A DNA stretch of 64,000 nucleotides from contig JBEKCB010000006.1 in NCBI GenBank assembly GCA_050015075.1, positions 64,001-128,000 on the forward strand, read 5' to 3'. The notes under the pieces were generated by a model. That model was not told the origin of the DNA. It saw only the letters and a list, made by a program, of their open reading frames with translations, and ran no database searches. The translations under genes were made by a program, and so were the position numbers. Positions 9,172 to 18,465 of the stretch are shown one piece after another; position 1 is the stretch's first letter; each line of letters begins with the position of its first letter. The stretch is from Candidatus Brocadiia bacterium (GTDB lineage: Bacteria; Planctomycetota; Brocadiia; CAIUPP01).

Positions 9172-9200
9172 TTGACATAGGCGACTAGATATGTCAGAAT
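9172..9200 (+). promoter_or_regulatory. sigma70 promoter with an overlapping inverted-repeat operator
   Basis: TTGACA-17 nt-CAGAAT; the palindrome TGACATA-N10-TATGTCA overlaps both boxes. Confidence 0.6.
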
Positions 9201-9339
9201 ACGGCGCCTAGCGTTGACCGTACTGCAAAGAGCAGTCACAGGGCGATTCCTGGTCGAGGCGTTTGGACAGGAGAGCGGCCGCCGATAAATCGGCCCTCCG
9301 GGAACGCCGGCGCCGGCGCAATGGGGAAAACCAAACTTC

Positions 9340-10914
9340 ATGCCCAGCCAATTCGGGTATTGCAATCAATGCAAAAAACTCTCGCCCGCGCGCTACGAGG
9401 AGCGCGGCAACACCGTACTCCTGGTGAAGAACTGCGCGAACTGCGGACCGACCGAGACGATCGTTTCGACCGATACGGCGATCTGGCACGCCAAGCGGCA
9501 GATTGACCGCCTGAAGAGCGACGGCGGCTGCGCGCTGGACTGCAAGACTTGCGGCCACTCGCACCACCCCTGCGTGATTTTCATGGACCTCACCAACCGC
9601 TGCAACCAGGACTGCCCGATCTGCATCGCCAACATCGCCGGCATGGGGTTCAAGTTCGAGCCGCCGTACGAGTACTTCGAGCAACTGCTCCAGTACCTCG
9701 CCGCGATGACGCCGAAGCCCTCCGTCAAGCTTTTCGGCGGCGAGCCGACGCTGCACAAGGACCTCTTCCAGATCGTGACCCGCGCCCGCGGGATGGGACT
9801 CTCGACAAGCATTGTCACCAACGGCGTGCGGCTGGCGGACGAGGCGTACTGCAAGGATCTCCTGGCCACCGGCGTGAAGATCGTCTTCTCATTCGACGGC
9901 CGAGACCCGAAGGTGTACGAGACGCTCCGCGGCGACGCGGGGGTCTATGACGTGAAGCTCAAGGCGCTGGAGAACATCCGCAAGCACCGGCGGTCCAAGG
10001 TCACGATCATGTGCGTCGTCGCGCGGGGCCTCAACGACCACCTGATCGGGGACCTGCTTCAGTTCTGCCACGAGCGATCGGACTTCATCAACGCGTGCGA
10101 TTTCATCCCGCTCTCGCGGACGTGGGTGCCCGGCACGGTCGCGGCGGACGGGGCCGACATCACCGCGATGGAGGACGTGGAGAAGGACGTCGCCGCAGCG
10201 ATGCCCGGCGGCAAGCTGGAGTTCCTGCCCGCGGGGCTGACGCCGTTCAAGACGATCTCCAAGTACCTGCCGATCCCGCGGCTGACCTTCGCCGGGGCGC
10301 ATCCCAACTGCGAGAGCATCGCCTTCCTCATCTCGAACGGAAAAGAGTATGTCCCGGTGTCGAACTACCTCAAGGGCCGGTCGCTGTACGAGGTGCTCGA
10401 GAAGTGGATCGCGCGGGACGAGGAACTCGGCCGCCGGATGGAGCGAACCGAGAAAGGGATCGCGGGTCGGCTGGGCTTGGCGCGCTTCATCGGGCGGGCG
10501 CGCAGCTTGAAGGAACTCGCCGGCGCGGTCCGCGAGAGCGCCGACACGCGGGCGATCTTCGGCAACCACGCCGCGTGGAAGACGCTCAAAATCGCGGTCG
10601 GCATTTTTCTCGGGCGCAAGCCCAAGGTCATGGTCCGCGCCAACACGCGGCTTCAGAAGGTCCTGCGCATCGCGATCCTGCCCTTCGAGGAGCCGCGCAC
10701 GATGGACAGCAGCCACCTGCAGCGGTGCCCGGCGGGCTTCGCATACCTGGACCCGGCCACCGGCGAGCCGCGCACGATGCCGGTCTGCAGTTGGCCGCTC
10801 TACAAGAACGACATCATGCGGCGGATCATGGAACGCTACCCGGCAGCGCGCGAAGAACAGGCCGCGCCGGGCCGGCCTGTCGCCACGGACAGCACTCTGC
10901 GCGTGCGTGCATAA
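9340..10914 (+). CDS. Radical SAM protein, tetraether synthase (Tes/GDGT-MAS, MJ0619)-like family
   Basis: N-terminal CxxC...CxxC, GCALDCKTC, DLTNRCNQDCPIC, GGEPT, TNG, HPNC and C-terminal RC...PVC. Confidence 0.8.
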   Translation: MPSQFGYCNQCKKLSPARYEERGNTVLLVKNCANCGPTETIVSTDTAIWHAKRQIDRLKSDGGCALDCKTCGHSHHPCVIFMDLTNRCNQDCPICIANIAGMGFKFEPPYEYFEQLLQYLAAMTPKPSVKLFGGEPTLHKDLFQIVTRARGMGLSTSIVTNGVRLADEAYCKDLLATGVKIVFSFDGRDPKVYETLRGDAGVYDVKLKALENIRKHRRSKVTIMCVVARGLNDHLIGDLLQFCHERSDFINACDFIPLSRTWVPGTVAADGADITAMEDVEKDVAAAMPGGKLEFLPAGLTPFKTISKYLPIPRLTFAGAHPNCESIAFLISNGKEYVPVSNYLKGRSLYEVLEKWIARDEELGRRMERTEKGIAGRLGLARFIGRARSLKELAGAVRESADTRAIFGNHAAWKTLKIAVGIFLGRKPKVMVRANTRLQKVLRIAILPFEEPRTMDSSHLQRCPAGFAYLDPATGEPRTMPVCSWPLYKNDIMRRIMERYPAAREEQAAPGRPVATDSTLRVRA

Positions 10915-10964
10915 TGGGGCGCACGACGGAAGGCGAATGCGGGGCCGAAGTCTGAACTTATCCC

Positions 10965-12494
10965 TCAGCGAGCCGTGTCCGCCGGAGCGCCGGTCGCGGC
11001 GGGCATGGATGTCGCCGCCGCAGGCGCCGATGGCGATTCGGGAGCGGCCGTCGTCGCCGGCGCGGATGTCCCTGCGGGCGTGGGTGCGGTTTGCCCTTCG
11101 CGCAACGCGCGGAGCCTGTCCTCCTGCCACACTTCCGTTTTCGGGTGCGCGCCCAGCCACGCGATCCAGAACATCGCCTCGGTCAGCACCGGATTGCCCT
11201 CGGCGTCTTTCGCGCTGAGAATGAGCGTGTCCGGGTTGAACTGCAGCGTGAGCTTGCGGTCGCCGACGGTGTCCTCAAACGGCCCCGGCTTTTCCCGCAG
11301 GAGCGCGGGCAGGTAGGCCTTGGCGGCTTTGCCCTGCGAATCGGTTATGCCGAAGACGCTCGCCTTGGGGAAAAACGGGTTCTTCTCCACGTCCAGGCCG
11401 TACACGGGATGCGGAAGCACGGGGTTCTGCGGATTCAGATAGTCCGCCGGCACGGCCATGGTGCCGTCGTAGTTGAACGGCTGCGCCGGCTTCGTCCCGA
11501 TGAGGACGGTGGTTTCCGGGTTGATGGTCTTCCACGTCTTCCACGTCACAAGCTCCGCCTGAAGCGGCCTGAGCCGGGAACCCGCGCGCTCCCCGGCGAT
11601 GCAGAGCCGCAGCGTCGGCGACCAGAGAGAGAACTTCTCGACCTTCTTTCCATCCGCAGCCGCGCCGGTGTCCTTGCTGTACATCACGATGGCGCCCTGG
11701 TACACGAGGCCGGCCGAGCCGAACGTGAGTTGATCGCGGTACATGGCGCTCGGCGCGCTGGCCGCAGCGCTCCAGACCACGGCGATCGGCTCGCCGCCGA
11801 CGGTATCGTTGATCACGTCATGATAGTTCATGAACTTGACCGGATAGGCGCGCGCTTCCGCGCCGACCTTGACGCCGATGACCGGCTGCCTGTCGGGCAG
11901 CGCGTCCATCGTCACCTCGGCCGCCGGCTTCAGGACCATCTCAAGATGCGGGTCCATTCCCAGCGGCGGGAACATATCCATGAAAAGAGCCTGGCTCTGG
12001 CTCGCCCCATAGACCATTCGCCGCTGCAGCATCTCCGGCTTGACGCCTTCGGCCAATTTCGTGACATCGAACAGGGTTCCCGGAATCACCCTGTCGGGCT
12101 CCTGGGCGTTCCCTCTCCCGCCGGCCGGGACAGCGGGCATCGCCAGGAGGAACGTCCTGTCGCCCGCGCTGAACATTTCGCCCTGGATCTCCATCTCGTG
12201 CACGTGCAGCATCCGGGCGTAGAGTTCCGTCGGCGACAGGTTCGGCATGGAAGGCTGGGGCCCTTCCCTGGATGCGGTTTCTTTCGACGGCACGGGCTCG
12301 GCCGACGGCTTGGAATACCATTTCTTGTTGGCATAGATCGCGATCAGAAAGAGCACCGCCATGCAGATCACGACGACGAGCCTCCAGTCGAGCTTCGGCT
12401 CGGCCGGCGGCGTCGGCGGCTGGGGCGATGCGGGCGGAGCGGAAGGCGCCGGCGACGGCTGCTCCGGGTCCTGCGGCGCGGGAGTTTCAGTCAT
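10965..12494 (-). CDS. DUF3179-like membrane-anchored protein
   Basis: VIGV...EARAYP...YHDVIND.VGG.PI.V, FGSAGLVY, SLW and TWKTWK..NP.T.VL; one N-terminal TM helix and Pro/Ala-rich ends. Confidence 0.75.
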   Translation of the reverse strand: MTETPAPQDPEQPSPAPSAPPASPQPPTPPAEPKLDWRLVVVICMAVLFLIAIYANKKWYSKPSAEPVPSKETASREGPQPSMPNLSPTELYARMLHVHEMEIQGEMFSAGDRTFLLAMPAVPAGGRGNAQEPDRVIPGTLFDVTKLAEGVKPEMLQRRMVYGASQSQALFMDMFPPLGMDPHLEMVLKPAAEVTMDALPDRQPVIGVKVGAEARAYPVKFMNYHDVINDTVGGEPIAVVWSAAASAPSAMYRDQLTFGSAGLVYQGAIVMYSKDTGAAADGKKVEKFSLWSPTLRLCIAGERAGSRLRPLQAELVTWKTWKTINPETTVLIGTKPAQPFNYDGTMAVPADYLNPQNPVLPHPVYGLDVEKNPFFPKASVFGITDSQGKAAKAYLPALLREKPGPFEDTVGDRKLTLQFNPDTLILSAKDAEGNPVLTEAMFWIAWLGAHPKTEVWQEDRLRALREGQTAPTPAGTSAPATTAAPESPSAPAAATSMPAATGAPADTAR

Positions 12495-12508
12495 GGGGCT
12501 CCTTTCAA

Positions 12509-13072
12509 TTACTCGATATTGGCGTGTCTCTTCGCGAGCTTCTGCGGGGTCAGGTGCAGGCGGTCCATGAGGACCAGGACGAGCGTGTCCATCAGCAGCA
12601 GCGTGGCCTGTTCGAACAGCGAACCGGGCGGCTGGCGCGTGGTTTTATGGCGATTGATTTCGCCCTTGGTCGGGGCCGGGACGACAACGACGATGTCGGC
12701 CATCGCGGCGATGCGCGCCTCCGGATGCGCCGTGATCGTCGCCAGGCGCGCGCCCGCCTCCTTGGCGGCCGCCGCGACGTGGTATACGAAGCGCGTCTGA
12801 CCCGTGCCGGAATTGACCAGGCACAGGTCATGGCGGGTGATGGGCGGCGTGGTGGTCTCGCCGACGAAATACGCGTCCATCCCCAGGTGCATCAGTCGCA
12901 CGGCGAACGTCCGGCTGACGTGTCCGGTCCGCCCCTGGCCGTAGATGAAGATCCTGCGCGCGCGCAAAAGCGCCTGCGCGAGTTCGTCCACGCTCCGCAC
13001 GTCCACTTCGTTCAGGACGGATTGCAGCTCGGAGATGATGCCCTGGAGTCTGCTTCTGAAGAGTCGGGTCAA
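12509..13072 (-). CDS. hxlB: 6-phospho-3-hexuloisomerase (SIS domain)
   Basis: IFIYGQGRTG, RLMHLG, VGETTTPPI, SGTGQT, QPPGSLFEQ and HANIE; TTG start inferred. Confidence 0.85.
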   Translation of the reverse strand: MTRLFRSRLQGIISELQSVLNEVDVRSVDELAQALLRARRIFIYGQGRTGHVSRTFAVRLMHLGMDAYFVGETTTPPITRHDLCLVNSGTGQTRFVYHVAAAAKEAGARLATITAHPEARIAAMADIVVVVPAPTKGEINRHKTTRQPPGSLFEQATLLLMDTLVLVLMDRLHLTPQKLAKRHANIE

Positions 13073-13287
13073 AAGGGGAAATCTCCCGCGCAAAAGCCTG
13101 GAGAGCCGGCGCTCGTGAGAAATTGATCTTATCACGCAGGCAGAGGCCGCGTCAAGGAAGCGGACTGTCCGGCGCTTTGCGCTCCGCGTTTTCCGATGGG
13201 CGTTCTATACCTGCTTTCTCGCGCGTGGTAGAATGCGGCTGATCTGGCGCCTCATTGCATGCCGTCGCCATTCATGGAGGATCGCCC

Positions 13288-14085
13288 GTGGCCGGAAAAA
13301 TCATTGACATGCACCAGCATTTGATCAATGCCAACACCCCCGACGCGCTGGCGGAGACGTACGGCCGCCTCGGCGTCGAAAAGGCGTTGCTCGTGGGCGT
13401 GCCGCCCACGCAGATTCCGGGCGATAACGAGGCGGTGCTCGCGGCGACCCGAAAGTACCCGAAACTGTTCCTGGGCCTCGTCGGCTTCGACCTGGACACG
13501 ATGTCGCCCGCGGAGCTTCCGCGCTTTCACGACGAGGGGTTCATCGGCGTCAAGTTCATCGGCCCGGCGAAGGCGTACAACGATCCGTCGTATTTCCCGG
13601 TTTACGAGAAGGCGGCGGAGCTGCGGATGATCACGCTCTTTCACCTCGGGATCGTGGCGAACAGCGGGCCCTGGCGCGGTTGCGACAGCAACCTGATGCG
13701 GCCGATCCACCTGGACTACATCGCGCGGAAAATCCCGGAGTTGACGGTCATCGGCGCGCACCTGGGCAACCCGTGGTCCGACGAGGCCGCGATGTCCTGC
13801 CGATGGAACCCGAACCTGTTCTTCGATCTGTCCGGATCGCTGCTGAAGTACCGCTCGCCGCAGTACCTCGCCGAACTGCTCTGGTGGACGCCGACCAGCG
13901 CGTACAAGAGCCCGGACCGCACCGACGCCTGGCAGAAGATTCTTTTCGGGAGCGACGTGCCGACGGACAGTATCGCCGACGTCATCAAGGACTACGAAAA
14001 ACTGATGGACGGGATCAACATGCGCCCCGAATTGCGCGAAGCGGTCTGGTACGGGACGGCCGCGAAGCTGCTCGGGCTGAAGTGA
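13288..14085 (+). CDS. Amidohydrolase family protein (Amidohydro_2)
   Basis: IDMHQH, FHLG, AHLGNP and FGSD motifs; SD GGAGG before the GTG. Confidence 0.88.
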   Translation: MAGKIIDMHQHLINANTPDALAETYGRLGVEKALLVGVPPTQIPGDNEAVLAATRKYPKLFLGLVGFDLDTMSPAELPRFHDEGFIGVKFIGPAKAYNDPSYFPVYEKAAELRMITLFHLGIVANSGPWRGCDSNLMRPIHLDYIARKIPELTVIGAHLGNPWSDEAAMSCRWNPNLFFDLSGSLLKYRSPQYLAELLWWTPTSAYKSPDRTDAWQKILFGSDVPTDSIADVIKDYEKLMDGINMRPELREAVWYGTAAKLLGLK

Positions 14086-14123
14086 GCGGCGTTTGCGTTG
14101 CCCCCGACGGCCGCGGGCGTCCG

Positions 14124-14891
14124 CTACGGAGCGCCCTTGTCCGCGTCCTTCTTCATGCTTTCTCTGCGGGCGACGAGGTTCGCGGAAACCTCGGCCCCGT
14201 CCAGTAACACGCGGCCCATGGGATCCCGCACCGGTGCGACAGAAATCCCGATCGCATTCAGCTCCGTCTCCAACTTGCCCGATTGCGCCTGCAAGTCATC
14301 CGCCAGCAGGCCCAACTCGTTTTTTTCGGAAGGCTCCAGGGGCGTATTCAACTGCCAGGGGTCGTCGCCGCCGGCCTTCTCTGCGGACTGGGTTGCCTTC
14401 TCCTCCTCGTCAAGCACTTCCCTTCGAAGCGCATATTCAAAGTCGGTCACCGGCTCATAACTGTTGATCTTCATCAGCACTTCGCGCGCTCGGAGGCGCC
14501 GCTCCGTGACGCGCAACTCCCGGTATCGTCTGACCATCTCCTCCAATTTGCCGATCTCGATGAGCTGCGCGTCCAGCCGCGCTTGTTGCCCCGTCGTCAG
14601 CGTGGGACCGTTGCCTTCTTCAGCGGTGCCCAGCGTGCCGCGTCTTCTCAGCGTGATCGCAACGCAGATGGCGCAGAGCAATATGATCCCCACCAGGACG
14701 AGCCAGACCGCTTTGCCGGATCGGGGCCGCTCTTGAGGCTCGGGGAGCGGAGGAGGCGGAGAAATTTCGTGCGGCGGAAGTGGAACTCTTATCGCGCCGC
14801 CGCAGATCGGACATCGCCCATGCCTGCCCGCTTTGCTTCCGGGCACTCTGAGCATCGTCTCGCACCGCGGGCATTTGAGCTCGATCATCAT
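14124..14891 (-). CDS. Hypothetical protein: N-terminal zinc ribbon, TM helix, helical domain
   Basis: CPRC...AG..GRCPICG, a Pro-rich linker and one TM helix. Confidence 0.7.
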   Translation of the reverse strand: MMIELKCPRCETMLRVPGSKAGRHGRCPICGGAIRVPLPPHEISPPPPLPEPQERPRSGKAVWLVLVGIILLCAICVAITLRRRGTLGTAEEGNGPTLTTGQQARLDAQLIEIGKLEEMVRRYRELRVTERRLRAREVLMKINSYEPVTDFEYALRREVLDEEEKATQSAEKAGGDDPWQLNTPLEPSEKNELGLLADDLQAQSGKLETELNAIGISVAPVRDPMGRVLLDGAEVSANLVARRESMKKDADKGAP

Positions 14892-15204
14892 CGGCGTTCA
14901 TATCTCGCAGGACGCCGACAACTCTATCATGGACCCGGCGGTTGTGCAAGAACATAGCGGACGGATTCGTCGTTTCTCCGCGCCGCGACCCCGCACGCGC
15001 CTGCTTCAGAATCTGTGTCAGCAAACGCCACATCTCGGCGCCCTCTGTAGCAAGTTGAGCCGAGTGACCCCGTTACTGATGCGCTCTATCGGCCGCTCCC
15101 TCGATTGCGCATCCCGATAAAAACGAGCGTTACTCACGCTCTGCCAAGCACTTATCCGCACGGGCCGTTGGACGTCACTGGCGCCTGCGCCTGAATTCAT
15201 CGCG

Positions 15205-15221
15205 TCGGCACAAAGATTGCT
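15205..15221 (+). promoter_or_regulatory. sigma54 (-24/-12) promoter
   Basis: tcGGCACaaagaTTGCt matches GGCAC-N5-TTGC, about 70 nt upstream of the PilZ-like gene. Confidence 0.65.
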
Positions 15222-15290
15222 CTATTCGACCAAAGTTGCCTGGCGAGGTGGACAATCTATCAGCTAATTTATGCGAGGAGCGTTCCGACG

Positions 15291-15827
15291 ATGAGTTCGA
15301 ATGCGCTGGACATCGTTCGCCTGGAGCCCGTTGAAGTCGTCAACATAGAGCAGCATCTGCCTCCCGCCGAACCATCCCTCAAGAGACGCTTGACGGAGCG
15401 GTTCTCCGTGCCCGGCGCGCTGGTGATCTGCCGTCACCGGACCATCTTCGGAACATGGAAGGCATGCAGGACGCCGTTCCACGTCTATAATCTCGGCATG
15501 GGCGGACTGAACTATTGGAACCTGGGCAAGACTCCCAAGCCGGGCGGGAAGATCAAGCTGACTCTCCTCGTGCCCAACGTGATTCCCATAAACGTAGTCA
15601 GCGTCGTGGTCTGGAGCAAGGCCATGCCGCGTTCCGACGATGGCGGCGGAGCGCAACGGTACAGCCACATCACCGGCGTCAAGTTCGTGGATTACGATGC
15701 CGAAGCGTGGGCGGTGCTGCGCAAGATTCACGAGATTGTCGCCGCCGAGTTGAAGAGCGCCCCGCCGCCGGCGCTTGCCCCGTCACAGAACCAGTCTGAA
15801 AACCCCACGGCATCCGCGCCGCGTTGA
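15291..15827 (+). CDS. PilZ-domain-like protein
   Basis: RRLTER (RxxxR), NLGMGGL (N/D-x-S/G-x-x-G), VVW and GVKF; SD GAGGAG. Confidence 0.7.
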   Translation: MSSNALDIVRLEPVEVVNIEQHLPPAEPSLKRRLTERFSVPGALVICRHRTIFGTWKACRTPFHVYNLGMGGLNYWNLGKTPKPGGKIKLTLLVPNVIPINVVSVVVWSKAMPRSDDGGGAQRYSHITGVKFVDYDAEAWAVLRKIHEIVAAELKSAPPPALAPSQNQSENPTASAPR

Positions 15828-15843
15828 CCCGGCGGCTTGCAGG

Positions 15844-15893
15844 GTGCCCGTCAGGGCATAATGGAGTAGCGCCTGACGGCGCCACTACAAGCA
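15844..15893 (-). repeat. GTAG-type REP-like element, copy 2
   Basis: gtgcccgtcagggcata...cgcctgacggcgccactacaagca is the inverted copy of 5667-5715. Confidence 0.75.
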
Positions 15894-15996
15894 AGTCTTT
15901 GACAACCCGCCGCCTGTCCTGATACACTGATAGCTTATTGTTTTCTCGGCAAAGCCATCGAAACTGCATCGCCGCGGACCCGGAGGTTCCCATCCT

Positions 15997-17223
15997 ATGG
16001 TGAAGCTCGTCCTCGCGTATTCCGGCGGGTTGGATACATCCGTCATCCTTCACTGGCTGCGGACGCGGAAGCACTTCGACGTGATCGCCTTCGCGGCCGA
16101 CCTGGGCCAGGGAGACGACCTGAAACTCACGGCCAAGCGCGCGCTCGCCACGGGCGCCTCGGCCGTTTTCGTCCAGGATCTGTGCGAGCCCTTCGTTCAG
16201 GACTACGTCTTTCCCGCGCTCCAGGCCAACGCGGTCTATGAGAACGGCTACCCGCTGAACACCGCGCTCGGGCGGCCGCTGATCGCGCAGGAGCTGGTGC
16301 GCATCGCCCTCAAGCACAAGTGCACCACGGTCGCGCACGGCTGCACCGCCAAGGGCAACGACCAGGTCCGCTTCGAGGCGGGCGTCGCCGCGCTCGCGCC
16401 CCACCTGAAGGTCCTCGCGCCGGTCCGTGAATGGGAATTCAAGAGCCGCGAGGAAGAGGTGGACTACGCCCTCAAGCACCACATCGCAGTGCCCGTCACG
16501 CGCAAGTCGCCCTACTCGATTGACCGGAACCTCTGGGGCGCCAGCATCGAGTGCGGCGAACTCGAAGATCCCTGGCGCGCGCCGCCGCGCGACGCGTACC
16601 TGATGACCCGCCCGCCCGAGGCGGCGCCCAACCAGGCCGCCGAGATCGAGATTGCCTTCGAGGGCGGTATTCCCGTCGCGCTCGACGGCCGCGCGACCGG
16701 CGGGGTCAAGCTGATTCAAACGCTCAACGAGATCGGCGGCGAACACGCGGTCGGCCGGCTGGACATGATCGAGAACCGGGTCGTCGGCATCAAGTCGCGC
16801 GAGGTCTACGAGGCCCCTGCCGCGACGATCCTGCTCGCCGCGCACCGGGGACTCGAGGAGATCACGCTGAGCCGCGACGTGGCCCGGCAGAAAACCTATC
16901 TCTCGCAGATCTTCAGCGACATCATCTACTCCGGCCGGTGGTTCACCGACCTGCGCGAGGCGCTGGTGGCTTTCATGGGCGTCACGCAGAAGTACGTCAC
17001 CGGCACGGTGCGCGTCCGGCTCTACAAAGGCCAGTGCGTGGTCACGGGCCGGCGCTCGCCGTATTCGCTCTACGAGAAAAAACTCGCCACCTACGGCGCC
17101 GGCGACGCGTTCCAGCACGGCGCCGCCCAGGGCTTCCTGGAGATCTTCAACCTCGACATCAAAGCGCAGGGTTTCCGGCGCGAGCGCTACCTGGCGAGCC
17201 GCGGCAAAAGGCGAAAAGCATGA
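15997..17223 (+). CDS. argG: Argininosuccinate synthase
   Basis: AYSGGLDTS, HGCTAKGNDQVRFE, SIDRNLWG and ENRVVGIKSREVYE. Confidence 0.98.
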   Translation: MVKLVLAYSGGLDTSVILHWLRTRKHFDVIAFAADLGQGDDLKLTAKRALATGASAVFVQDLCEPFVQDYVFPALQANAVYENGYPLNTALGRPLIAQELVRIALKHKCTTVAHGCTAKGNDQVRFEAGVAALAPHLKVLAPVREWEFKSREEEVDYALKHHIAVPVTRKSPYSIDRNLWGASIECGELEDPWRAPPRDAYLMTRPPEAAPNQAAEIEIAFEGGIPVALDGRATGGVKLIQTLNEIGGEHAVGRLDMIENRVVGIKSREVYEAPAATILLAAHRGLEEITLSRDVARQKTYLSQIFSDIIYSGRWFTDLREALVAFMGVTQKYVTGTVRVRLYKGQCVVTGRRSPYSLYEKKLATYGAGDAFQHGAAQGFLEIFNLDIKAQGFRRERYLASRGKRRKA

Positions 17224-18464
17224 ACGCCGAGGTGCTCTCGATCGGCAGCGAGTTGATGGCCGGGCGCATCGCCGATACGAACGCGGCGTTTCTCTCCGAG
17301 CAACTCCAGTTGCTCGGCTTCGACGTCGTCCGGCACACCACCGTCGGCGACCGCCGGGCGGACATCCGCGCGGCGATCGAGGAGATTGCGCCGCGGGCCG
17401 ACCTGGTTCTCGTGACCGGCGGACTGGGACCGACGCGCGACGATCCTACCCGCGAATCCTTCGCCGCCGCCTGCGGCGCGGACCTGGTCGAAGACCCCGA
17501 GAGCACGCGCCGCATCCGCGAGATGTTCGCCGCCCGCCACGCTCCGGTCGGCCCTTCCAACCTCAGCCAGGCGTATTTCCCGCGCGGCGGCGAGGTGCTC
17601 CGCAACTCGACCGGCACGGCGGCGGGATTCGCCGTCCGGCTCGGCCGCTGCCGCTTCTTCTGCATGCCCGGCGTGCCCTCCGAGATGAAAGTGATGTTCC
17701 GCGAGTCGGTCGAGCCGCAACTGCGCTCCGCCGCCGGCCGCGCCACGCTGGTGCGGTCGCTGCACATCTTCGGCCTGGGCGAATCCACCGTCGGGGAGCG
17801 GCTCTTCGATTTGATGGCCGAAGACCACAACCCCGAGGTGGCGACGCAGGTGCATGACGGCCTCATCACGCTGCGCCTGACCGCGACGGACTCCGGCGAG
17901 GCCGCCGCGCGCCGGCGCCTGGACGAGGCGGAAACGCAGGTCCGCGCCCGCCTCGGCAGCACCATCTTCGGCGCCGACGAGACGGCCACGCTCCAGGCCG
18001 CCGTCGCGGCGCTCCTCCAGCGGACCGGGCTGAAGGTCGCCTTCGCGGAATCCTGCACCGGCGGCGAACTCTCCGCGCGCCTGACCGACGTTCCGGGCAT
18101 CAGCGCCTTCCTGCTGGAATCGGCGGTGACCTACAGCAACGAGTCGAAGATCCGCCGGCTGGGAGTGCCGCCCGAGGTGATTGAGCGCGAAGGCGCCGTG
18201 AGCGCCGCAACCGCCGAGGCGATGGCGCGCGGCATGCGCGCGACTTCCGGCGCCGATGTCGCCCTGGGCGTGACCGGCATCGCCGGGCCGGACGGCGGAA
18301 CCGCCGCCAAGCCCGTCGGTCTGGTCTATATCGCGCTGGCCGACGCGGCCGGCGCGCGCGTGGAGGAAGCTCATTTCCGCGGGACGCGGCAGCAGATCAA
18401 GGACCGCGCCGCCAAGAGCGGCCTGAATATGCTGCGGCTTTATCTCGAAGGACACACAGCCTAA
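17220..18464 (+). CDS. cinA: Competence/damage-inducible protein A (MoCF domain plus PncC domain)
   Basis: MNAEVLSIGSEL..G.I.DTN, TGGLGPT.DD, AESCTGG and GVTGIAGP; ATGA overlap with argG. Confidence 0.95.
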   Translation: MNAEVLSIGSELMAGRIADTNAAFLSEQLQLLGFDVVRHTTVGDRRADIRAAIEEIAPRADLVLVTGGLGPTRDDPTRESFAAACGADLVEDPESTRRIREMFAARHAPVGPSNLSQAYFPRGGEVLRNSTGTAAGFAVRLGRCRFFCMPGVPSEMKVMFRESVEPQLRSAAGRATLVRSLHIFGLGESTVGERLFDLMAEDHNPEVATQVHDGLITLRLTATDSGEAAARRRLDEAETQVRARLGSTIFGADETATLQAAVAALLQRTGLKVAFAESCTGGELSARLTDVPGISAFLLESAVTYSNESKIRRLGVPPEVIEREGAVSAATAEAMARGMRATSGADVALGVTGIAGPDGGTAAKPVGLVYIALADAAGARVEEAHFRGTRQQIKDRAAKSGLNMLRLYLEGHTA

Positions 18465-18465
18465 A

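Noticed and set aside
12509-13072. RuMP formaldehyde-fixation pathway
   Set aside because: Only hxlB is present; there is no hexulose-phosphate synthase in the window
16551-18464. 637-aa CinA, and similarly extended ORFs at 19028-20728, 29031-30362 and 32575-33465
   Set aside because: The N-terminal parts are off-frame readings of upstream genes
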